Below, one piece after another: positions 43,433-53,884 of a stretch of DNA of 64,000 nt (within the stretch, counting starts at the first letter, position 1; each line of letters opens with the position of its first letter). The position numbers and the translations under genes were made by a program. Below the pieces are notes generated by a model that worked only from the letters and a program-made list of their open reading frames with translations, had not been told where the DNA came from and ran no database searches. The DNA is from Octopus sinensis. Lineage: Eukaryota. The stretch covers positions 52,266,001 through 52,330,000 of the forward strand of contig NC_043001.1 of the NCBI RefSeq assembly GCF_006345805.1. Reading direction: 5' to 3'.

Positions 43433-45047
43433 TAATTTCAAAATTATTTCAGTTGAATTAGAGGGTTCATCCCTTTATATATTATCTGATATCTAACCTT
43501 CACGGTATATATGAGACAAGGGATATGTGAATTATCTCAATATAGATAGTACGCGAGAAAATATATTATAACGTCAGTTTATGTGTTTCAAAGGGGGAAA
43601 ACACCCAAATAAACAAACAAAATGTTCCAAATTAATTGCAGCAATAAGGTATTAATTTTTTAGGAAATGTTCTATGACATTAAATATGATTTTGAAAATG
43701 AAAATTCAAAAACATGCAATTCAAATGGAAGAATTGAAATATTCTATTTACGAATAACATGATTTATTAGTAGAATTATAATACCTTTGAATCATATAGA
43801 AATGTTATTGTTTAGTCTTGCGTTAGTAAACTGTTAGTCCTGCAATGTGAAACGCGTAAAATCCCCATAAATGCTAGGTAATGTTGCCTGTTTATAATAT
43901 TTCAATCTGCGAAGAAAGGATAGAATTGAAATCTTGTAAAAGCTTGGTAGTATGAACTGATCTCCAGTGAGATCTTGAGTCAATGGTTTCAGGTAAAATG
44001 AAACAATGCAAAATTACAGAAGAAAGTTGAACTATAACGATACATGTGGAAACAATGACCAGCTTTTATTATTTGATACAGGATTAGAGAAAGGAACTTC
44101 GCAAAATGCTTGTTCGATTTTTAGACCATAGAAATTTTATAAAAAAAAAACCCAAATGGTCTGTTATTTAAAAAAACAAAATTAATATTCCGAGAAGAAA
44201 TATTAATAGTTTCCATGATTTTGGTGGACTGTAAAAATTGAACATGAGCATTTCGGTGGCAGAAGACATGGCAAGAACGAAATCGAGAGGTTTACAGTTG
44301 TGGGCAGAAAATTAAGACACGTGGAGTCCTAACGAAGTACCAACATCATCATATTTCGTGCATGTGGTACAAGCTATATAATAACTTAGGCTTAAAACAT
44401 AAGAAACTGTCAACTATATTAATAGAAAAGAACTCACTACGAAAAGAACAATTCTAAGACCAAAAAAGTACAAAATTTTCTCTAATATACCCCAAACTAT
44501 AAAATGTATTGCGATATAGTTAATTAGAAAAAAAATATTGAAATTTCATTTTGTATTATCCATAAGGCTGGATGTTAAATCCATTTGGATGACTTAAAAA
44601 GTGAATGAACAATGGGTTGCTAATTAATATTGATCAGTTTCTGGGCACTATATACGGATTTATACATGTAACTATATGTGTGTGTGTACGCGCGCGCGTG
44701 TGTGTATGTGTGTGTATTCGAATAGACATCGTTTTAGAAATTTTCGCTCGCTTATAAGTATCTTGTTGTGCTTCACAAAAACTGACGGTTCGCTACGTAA
44801 TGCGTTAACATTTCAGATATTGATCAATTGAAGTAAAGAGAATTAAATTTGGTTAACTATTTTAACGGTAGCTAAGACTTACAATATATTATCTCACCTG
44901 GTATTGAAAGCTACTATTTATCTTCATTTAGGTCATACTGTAATACTAAACATTGCCCAGCAAGGATCACCTGAACGAAAGAACCAACTCATTAGGCAGG
45001 GTACAACTTGAGTTAATACAATAATCCACACATTGTTTTCTATAAGC

Positions 45048-45203
45048 AAAAATTTTGGCACAAGGCCAGCAGTTTTCGGGGAAGTGAGTAAATCGATTAA
45101 ATCAACCCCAGTGTCCAACTGACACTGATCTTACCGACTCCGAAAGGGTGGAAAGACGACCTCAGTGGAATTAGAACTGACGGTAGACGGAATGCCGCTT
45201 ACC
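45048..45203 (-). mobile_element. Diverged SINE fragment (family of 40720-40934)
   Basis: ttttggcacaaggccagc...ccccagtg...ccgaaaggg...gacctc matches the reverse complement of the family. Confidence 0.75.
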
Positions 45204-45591
45204 CAAAGTACCAAGCTTGGGGACTGAAAACAAAACTACATGGTTACAAAGTGAGCATGTTAACCACATAGTTATGCCTGCGCTTATAAAAAATTATGAA
45301 AACGTTTTTTGTTCACTAAAGTGTTCTAAAATTCATAATTGTTCATTATATTATGCTTATCTTATCCGCACCATAAGTGTGAGGTATATATTATTTTTTT
45401 CTTAGTAAAAATAGTTTCCGGAAAAAAACTGAATCTAAAAACGACGCCTTATTTCTATTGACAAATTCTCTTTATTATATATGACAGCTATTTCAAATCC
45501 CAAATAAATCTTGTATGTATGTATGTATGTATGTATGTATGTATGTATGTATGTATGTATGTATGTATGTATGTATGCATGTATGTATCTC

Positions 45592-46610
45592 TACGCGCAT
45601 TTGTAACAGTTGTAAGCCATTAATGTTGGAACTCCCAACCCCATGCTTTCCTAAGACACTCCAAGTCTCCCAACCTGCACCAACACAAGCATTAAATTCA
45701 CGCAAAATGATAACTTTGTCATCATGGGGTATATTGCGTATAATCTCAGTAAGTGATAGATAGAAGGCAAATTTATCATCCTTTGATGAACTCATATTTG
45801 GAGCATATGCACTTATGAGCGTTGCATAGCGACCTTTTCTTAATGGAAGTCTTAAAGATATCGAACGATCCGAATGACCATATGGTAGTTCCTCAAGTTT
45901 TGTTAGCAAATCGCACTCCTGATTTTCTCTTATAGGTCTCTTTTCTGCCGCTCTAAAATAAATGATATCCAACAGATTTCTCAACGAAATTCCCCTTTCC
46001 ATGAATTCTTGTTTCGGTTACATATCATGTCATTGTAACTCTTTTGCAACAAGCGCGGATCTCTCCAGGCGAGATTTCAGACAATCATTGTTTAATAACG
46101 TTCGAACATTCCAACATCCTATATTCATAGGCTTGCATCTTAACTTGGATTTACTCACAGTTGCGGGATGACGACCGGATCCAAGCTGTGATGCCCTGGG
46201 ACACCTGCCGGGCCAGCCCACCGAACAAAATGTTCCAGAGCCCTTTTTTCCATTTGCGTCATTATCAATATGCACTTTCATTGTTTAGATGTGCCTTTTC
46301 ATAAGCTTCGGCCAGCCATGTACATACAAAATGTCCATTTCTTTTTCCTCTCCAGCAATACTTGTGTCTGAGGAAAATTTTACACGGTAACCATTCCCAC
46401 TCTCAAAACGGCAAAGCATGATCCAAAAAGAAGAGCAAGTCGACATCATTGGGTGCATTTGCAGTTGCAGGTTTTATATCAATGTGTCCCTCTCCCAGTC
46501 TTTGCACAACCAAAGGCTAACTACAAGACAGCAATGGAATATTTAAATTTAGAGTTACTTTCTCCTAGATAGACCGCCTTCGCCATGGCTTGGATAAAAA
46601 GAGGAGCTCT
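45592..46610 (-). mobile_element. RTE (BovB-like) LINE 5' part: 5' UTR and AP endonuclease
   Basis: MNIGCWNVRTLL...RSALVAKEL, RYATLISAYAP and EFNACVG...LGKHGVG...NGLQLL. The UTR contains ctaggagaaagtaactct, resembling an RTE 5' UTR motif. Confidence 0.9.
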
Positions 46611-47069
46611 ATTCACCCCTCATATATTTATTAAAAATAACTAAAATAAGAGAAATAAATACAAATTGAGGTAAAACTGAGTAAAATTAAATATAAGATT
46701 GACATATAATATACACAATTTAAAAATCTCAATATACAATATGTACACACAGAGGCTGAAATGCAATATAAACAAAGCATACACACATACAGAGTTTAAA
46801 ATGCAATATATATACAATACACATACACTCCACAAATGCACGCAGTTGAATGGCCGTTGATTACGTTGTAGTTCCTCCACCCTTTGACAGGACTTATTTT
46901 TTGTCCAGTAGGGTGTCCAACAAGCACCCACCTCACCCAGCAAGTCTGGTGGGGTTGACAGTTTAGTCGCCGACGACCCGACCAGGTAACAGGTTGTACT
47001 GGTCTACTTTGTACCAGTAGCACTCAAGAGCGACCTGACATACTATATAAGGTGGAAAGGTTGTCTGTG

Positions 47070-48340
47070 ATAATTAACCCGGCATCTGTCTGTTAGTTGT
47101 TACAGGAAAGGTCCTCTGTATGATAATTTTGGATAGATTACTTCTGAACATTGCTGATGAAGTTCTACCAGAATAACAATGTCGGTTTAGGGATATTAGG
47201 AGTGCCATGGATATTATATTTTCAGTTAGTCAGTTGCAAGAGAAGCGCATCTAACAGGATATGGACTTATACCAGGTTTTCATTCACCTAACAAAAGTGT
47301 TTGTTTTTATCATTAGAATTGTACTTTGGGGCAACCTGAGAAGGCTAGGATGCTCTGAAAAATTTATTGGAATGCTTAGACAATTTCATGACAACATGGA
47401 AGTGAGAGTTAACGTTGGAGGTCTCTTATCAGATCCAATTTCTGTAGAAAATGGTGTAAAGCAAAGTGATATTCCTGCTCCTACACAGTTTGCTATATAT
47501 TTTGCAATAGTCTTCCAAATAGCTTTTAAAGATTGCCCTGAAGGGGTCTATATAAGATATAGGACAACAGGAAAACTGTTCAATCTCAAAAGACTCTGTG
47601 CCAAACGAAACTTCTGCATTCTCCCCTCGTTGAGTCCCGGTATGCAGATGATTGCGACCTGTTGGCACATTCCCAGAAAGATATGCAGTACATGGTGAAT
47701 GCGATTTCTGAAGCATGTACAGCATTGGTTCTAACGATCAATCTAAAACAAAATGTTATAATGTACCAGCCCGCCGGTCTTGATGATGAAATTTCATACA
47801 GAATCAGTAGGGCTAGTATTGCTGTTGGTAGGCTTAATAGGCGTCTGTGGAAACAACATAATATATCTTTACAAATTAAAGTTAAAATATATAACATGCG
47901 TCCTCCCATCTTTGCTATATGGGAGTGAGGCATGGGTTGTTTACCGTTGGCAGGTAAGGTAATTGAACGATTTCATCAACTGGAAAATGGTCATTAGTAA
48001 TGTGAAGATGCTTGAGAGGAGTGGAGTAGAAGTATAGATTTTGCAAAGACGTTTGAGGTGGTGGGACATTTGGTAAGGAAGAGTGATGAGCGAGTGCCCA
48101 AGCAGCTATTGTATGGTGAGCTGGAAGATGGCAGCGGACCAGCGCAAAAGCCTAAACTAAGGTTTAAGTATTGCTTTAAAATTCTCTAATACAGACAGGA
48201 ATTGCAGCTGGTAATTGGGAAAGGGAGGCACAAAACTGCGATGGATGACGGAAGATAGTGCATGATGGTTGTTCAAAGTTTGAGAGGGAGAGAGTAAAAT
48301 ATGAGAGAATTAGGAGGGGACTTAAAAGGGGGAGCCTGTG
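47070..48340 (+). mobile_element. RTE (BovB-like) LINE RT and 3' part
   Basis: MDIIFSVSQLQEK, ENGVKQSDIPAPTQFAIYF, YADDCDLLAHSQKDMQ, VLPSLLYGSEAW and ERVPKQLLYGEL. Confidence 0.92.
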
Positions 48341-48462
48341 GAAATTGAGTGTTGTTTTTATGTGTGTGGTATATATATCTCGTATATATATCAAACTCGT
48401 ATATATATATATATATCAAAAATAAATAAATATTTCCTGAGTTGAACGCAGGTGTTATTCAA

Positions 48463-48560
48463 ATTCTTTTACTTTCGATATAAGTTTCGAAGACAACATT
48501 GGTTTTATTCCAAAGGAATAAACGGTGTATAATAACGTAATCTTCTTATCAGGAAAATAA
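48463..48560 (-). ncRNA. Type I hammerhead-like motif, probably decayed (core CUGAUAA)
   Basis: Minus strand: CTGATAA, helix II GAAGATTAC/GTTGTCTTC, GAAA, helix III ACTT/AAGT, GTA site. G8 is changed to A and the first helix I pair is mismatched. Confidence 0.5.
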
Positions 48561-48849
48561 GAGAACCTATCTCAACAACAAGACATTATAAGAATTTTGA
48601 TGACTGTATAAATGATAAACAGAACGCTATTAAGTATTTAAAAAAAAAAAAAACGTTAGTAGATCTGACGTCAAAGGCAGACCATAGGAAGAGAAAGAGT
48701 AGAGAAATAATAAGTAGAGAACAAATAAAAGGGATATATTGGTTGCAAAAATGTTCAAAGGTTTGGAAGTAGATTTCCACTAACAAAACTTTTATAATAA
48801 CCCATCCTTACGGTTTATATGTCCTTCCAGCTCAGACATCGGTATACTT

Positions 48850-49450
48850 AGTAAATACATCTTAGATAAGTACATCCCTACATTAATCAATAAATTAGAA
48901 CTTAGCTTATGGTTTAATTCTTTTCAAGTTGTAGATTTGTTTACTTCCATTGCTAATAAGGTTAACACTAAATTTATTCAGTTTGATATATCTAGCTTTT
49001 AACTATCAATCAACCCTAATATAATCAATAAGCTACTCTGGCATGCACATAATAAAGCGGGTCTCTCTAGAGTGGAAATTAATGTGGTACTGGCTGCCAG
49101 AAAATCAATCAGTAAGTTTGATAACAAGTTGTGGGTCCGGAAGGATGCCCCCAACGCGTTCGATGTCCCAATAGGAAGTTCAGATTCTGCTCAAATTGCG
49201 GATTTAGTCGGCATATTTATACTTCATGAGATGGCTGACCATGTGGAGGTCTATATCGTGATTATTGTTTGCTTTACCTCCATCTGAAGATGAGATAACT
49301 AAAGCTAACTTCTTAAATATTACTCTTAATTTGCACAATAATTCATACTTCCCGTACCACAAACCTTCCACCAATCTCAAATATATTAGTCCATACATTA
49401 GTTAAAAACATTTCAGTTAGATTGTCTAAACTATCAGCCAATGTTGACAT
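48850..49450 (+). mobile_element. Penelope-like element RT remnant
   Basis: KFIQFDISSF*LSI and LWVRKDAPNAFDVPIGSSDSAQIADLVGIFIL. Confidence 0.8.
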
Positions 49451-49612
49451 TTTTAACGACAAGGCAGAATTTTATAAATGTATGTGTGTATATATATATA
49501 TATATATACATATATATATAGAGGGAGAGTTTACGAAAAAAACAAAAGACGAAGACAGGTGGTGTACAAAACAAACAGATGTATTAGTATAACGCTCAGG
49601 AATAGAAAAAGT

Positions 49613-49648
49613 CTTTTACGTTTCGAGCCTACGCTCTTCTACAGAAAG
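49613..49648 (-). ncRNA. Minimal hammerhead-like motif (core CUGUAGA) within a short repeat at about 49521-49680
   Basis: Minus strand: CTTT CTGTAGA A GAGC gtag GCTC GAAAC GTA AAAG. Helix I is 4 bp, helix II is 4 bp, and helix III is the palindromic ACGT. Confidence 0.7.
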
Positions 49649-49684
49649 GGACATAGATAAAACGAGGAGAGAAAATGTATGTAT

Positions 49685-49741
<57 letters not shown>

Positions 49742-49747
49742 TATATA

Positions 49748-49823
<76 letters not shown>

Positions 49824-49861
49824 TGTATGTGTGTGTGTCTGTGCGTGTGTGTATGTGTGTG

Positions 49862-50760
49862 TATAAAAAAGTATATACGAGAAGTATTATTACTGTGAAG
49901 AACAGTAATAATGAGGTGGCTAGCAAGACTTCTACCTATACGGGTATAATATAAAATATTTGAAGAAAAGACGTGTAAAAATACCGCTTGATACAAATCA
50001 AAGCGAAAACCTCAAAAATCAACCAGTTCTACGATAAAAGCACACACGAGGAATGTAATGAATATTTTCAAAAATAGTCCTACCTTCAAGATGCAATATG
50101 AAGCAGCTAATACATATTCCAATATTAAGTGATATCCTGTCCATCTCTTTCCCTTATGACAAGGGTAAAGGTTTTGTAATATTTGCAACTCTGAACTCTT
50201 CCATATTCTCTTCTCTAAGAATCACCTTAACACACTTATAGAGCGATCTTTCAAGTTTAAGCACTGGCAGAAACAAACCTTTAGCTCTTATAAGTGATTT
50301 TACCAACATGAGAAACATGCTCAGCAATCCTGAGTTGGAAATAGTATTTGCTATCTATTTATAAAATATTCTTTTCTTCAAATATCTTATATTATACCTG
50401 TATAGATAGAAGTCTTATTTTTAACAGTAATAATGCTTCACATATTTACTTTTTATTGTTTACGATAGTTTTCTCTTTGAACGGAGTGGTACGTTTAAAG
50501 TTAGAAACACACGCCAGTTGTTGTAATGAATATTTTAGAAATAGATGTCAAATACTATTTCCTGCTGAGGATTGCAGAGCATGTTTCTCATGCACAGCAT
50601 GAAATCAATTGATATTTGGATATGTATTATCTGAAGGTAGGAGTATTTTTGAAAAGATTCATTGCCTTTCTCGTGTGTAGATTTATCGTAGAATTAATGG
50701 CTTTTTGAAGCTTTTGCTTTGATATTTAGGAAGCGGTATCTTTACCCTTCTTTTCTCCGA
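49862..50760 (+). mobile_element. PLE 3' end (GIY-YIG C-terminus) with inverted partial copies
   Basis: CNICNSELFHILFSKNHLNTLIERSFKFKH at about 50180-50270. 50369-50450 and 50612-50750 are reverse-complement copies of parts of 49862-50122. There is also an inverted pair at 50307-50368 / 50531-50592. Confidence 0.65.
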
Positions 50761-50797
50761 ACATTTTATATAGGTATATACATTTCTATATATATGC

Positions 50798-50870
<73 letters not shown>

Positions 50871-51009
50871 TATGAAATTATAAATATAACTAAAAAACAT
50901 ACAAATTTCCACACGAAAGCACGTAACTTCAAACGTGTCTTCTCTGATGTGAATTTGCTACCTAGGTATCGGTTAACCGAATTATCCAAACAAGATAATT
51001 CATTCAACT

Positions 51010-51097
<88 letters not shown>

Positions 51098-51161
51098 TAT
51101 ATATATACTTTAGGGATAGCAGTAAACGTTATAGCACAGGGCTAAGTAAATTGCTAGTGTT

Positions 51162-51230
51162 GGAGTTTCACGTTTTCGTTCGTCGGACAGTTTTGACAAA
51201 ACTGTCCGACGAACGGGAACGTGAAACTCC
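51162..51230. repeat. 34-bp inverted repeat with a 1-nt loop overlapping the hammerhead motif
   Basis: 51162-51195 is the reverse complement of 51197-51230 except at two positions. Confidence 0.97.
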
Positions 51231-51239
51231 GAGTAACAG
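51202..51239 (+). ncRNA. Compact type I hammerhead-like motif with CCGACGA core
   Basis: CTGT CCGACGA ACG ggaa CGT GAAA CT ccg AG TA ACAG. Helix I CTGT/ACAG, helix II ACG/CGT and helix III ACT/AGT all pair perfectly. Predicted cleavage is after 51235. Confidence 0.75.
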
Positions 51240-51354
51240 GTTGTGTTGAAATTCTGCTGCTTTTAAATAAAGCATATTACTCTACCCCTGGTATTTGAGT
51301 ACTTTTTTTCCACCTTGTTTTATATTTATGTGTTTACTCCGGTATATATCTAAT

Positions 51355-52161
51355 AATAATAACAAAGGGTAAAATTAATTAACTAAGAAGTAATCAGTAA
51401 TTTCACCAAGTATAATTCGGCATGAAAAAGACCATTTCATAGTAAGCTTAAGTAATACTTTATAATTAGGTTTCGGCAGAGATTTGCTTCACCACATACC
51501 GAAGTTTAGAAATAGCAGTTAAAAAATCTTAGCTATTCCTTCTACTTTAAAAAGGGCTCCCAGAAAAAGTACTTGAAAACAATCCACACAGGCAAAAGGG
51601 AAAAATAACGAAAATCAATCGGTATTAGGTTACCCATGTACGCGCGTTTCGGAATTAGATCAGTATAAAGAATAAATAGCTATACCTTACGCGATCATTT
51701 TCGGCTCATCAGCATGGGATTCCAGAAATATTAATTATTAAATATTAAATTCGAAGGCACTAGAGAATATCTCTCTGCCTAACGGTATCAGAGAGATCAT
51801 ATTCAGTGCTAGTGCCGCCAAATTCAAAATACGAATGAGATTTCATCACTCTCCCTCGCCCATTAGCTTGTCGCCAAGCAAGATGCTACAGAGTGAAACT
51901 AGTTAGTTATCAGGGAGAAGAATTCCATAATCAATAATAACAAAGGGTAAAATTAATTAATTAAGAAGTAATCAGTAATTTCACCAAGTAGAATTCGGCA
52001 TGAAACAGACCATTTCATGGTAAGCTTAAGTAATACTTTATAATTAGGGTTCGGCAGAGATTTGCTTCACCCCAGTTTAGAAATAGCAGTCAAAAAATCT
52101 TAGCTATTCCTACTTTAAAAGGGGCTCCCAGAAAAACCAAAGTACTTGAAAACAATCCACA
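51355..52161 (-). mobile_element. Direct-repeat-bounded unit (51355-51588 / 51933-52161) containing a nested pair of hammerhead-like motifs; PLE pseudo-LTR or retrozyme-like
   Basis: The repeats are offset by 578 bp. The spacer carries, on the minus strand at 51633-51718, CCCATG CTGATGA gcc GAAA...GTA...CTGATCT aattcc GAAAC gcgc GTA CATGGG. Confidence 0.6.
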
Positions 52162-52964
52162 TGCTTCGTTTTTGGATTTGATTTGCAAGATGCTTTATGT
52201 GAGTTCGTGCGTTGAGGCACATTCTGTTGTGTCTGGGGTGAGTCATTTTCTTTTAGTGTCTTATAATTTAACACACTCACCGGTAAAATTTCCACTCATT
52301 TACTTTTTTTTTTTCTAAAATTTTCGTTACGTCTTGCAACCTTTTCCATAGTTGTTGACTCTGCCCGTTATTCAATCTGCATTCTTTTTTTTTGTGCGCA
52401 TGTGTGTGGGTCAGTGTGTGTGCGCATACACATGTATGTATGTATTTATGTATGTATGCATGCATGCAAGTGTGTATATGCATTTATGTATGTTTGTGTG
52501 TGTGTATGCATATATGTATGTGTGCACGTCTGTTTGCATGTAATCTGTATATTCGTGTTTGTGTGTTTTTATATGTGTGCATGAGTGTGTATTGCCTCTG
52601 TCTCCTTGTGTGCGTATGCATGAGTTTGTTTCTGTATGTGTATGGGTTTTTGTGACTATGTACTGTGCCTGTATGTATGAATGTGTATCTCCATATGTGT
52701 GGACGTGTGCCTCATGTGTCCTTGTGTGAAGTGAATTGAGTGTTCATGGTCATGTGTTTCAGTCTTCATTTGAGTATGCGTGTGTATGTGTGCTTGTCGA
52801 TTGATATTACCTATGTACCTATCAGTCTGTATGTCTGTCTGTTTAGTTTCATATCCATTTGCCTACAGACATGTGCATATACATTCACACACATACATCT
52901 ACATAAAAGCCCACTAAATATACTACCAGTACACAAATATAAACTGCGGATATGGGGGTTTGAT

Positions 52965-53884
52965 TATCTACTACGTATATTTCCTATTTGGTACCGGGGA
53001 TATTATATTTATGAGGACTTACTCCTGTATTTGTCTGCGAGTTGGGTCTTTTGGGTGCTTGGATAAAGTGCGGATATCAAGGTGACCCAGGTTGCCTCCA
53101 CGTTGGTCCTTGGGATGCTGTTAAAGTATTTAGGACTGGTTTTTGTCGTTATATTGTTTCTAATGTTCCTTTAGTCTTTCTGCAATGCTCCTAGATGTTT
53201 CCCCTATGCATGTCATATTCATGCCTTTACAAGCATCGTCTATGCATCTTATGCTATAGACTACATTTCTAGTTCTAGAATCAACGCCAGTGCTAATCCT
53301 ACATGCCATGCAGTTATCATTGGTGCATATGGTATTCTCAAAGCCATACGTCCTACATAGTTGTGATCTGATGGAGTTCCCTGGCTTTTCAACAATCTTA
53401 AGTTTGAATTTTTTCTCCTTCAGAGCTTTCCTAAATCTACTGCCTAGTTCTCAATGGGCTGTGGTCTCTACAAACATCACTCCTTGGTATTTGTCGGTTT
53501 TATACCACGTGTTCACCCTGTTTGCTTTGTTACAAGTTTTTTGTATCCTATTCCAGTCTTTGCTTCTGTATCTAGGGCAAGTACCACTGGTTTCATTGCA
53601 TATAATGTTATCTAACTTCTTTCTAGCACCCCTGTATAGTCGAACCGTATCTCTATGATCATATCTAGAGAATTACATGCGGTACACGAAGTTCTGTACA
53701 TGTTTCTTTGTTTCATAGGGTTTGCATGCTGGAGACACCTTGTTCATTATCCTAAGTGCTATCAGTATGTCGACTTTCGTGTTGTGTGACAAAGCTGAGT
53801 ACTTGTGCATAACATTTCGAAGAAATGGCTTTCATGTAATAGGAGTGGAGGAACTGCACTCTGTTGTTCACAATCTCTCCATTT
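52965..53884 (-). mobile_element. Penelope-like element: RT thumb and GIY-YIG endonuclease remnant
   Basis: Minus strand: YYMKA...MHKYSALSHNTKVDILIALRIM, VMFVETT...KIVEKPGNSIRSQL, NVVYSIRC...CIGETSRS...LKEH and DPTRRQIQE. Confidence 0.85.

Noticed and set aside
46880-47040. HDV-like ribozyme in the block between the RTE halves
   Set aside because: I could not assemble the nested double pseudoknot or the L3 consensus by eye; it needs a descriptor search.
50935-50995. CTGATGT...GAAT as a further hammerhead
   Set aside because: Both core boxes are mutated and I found no consistent helices.
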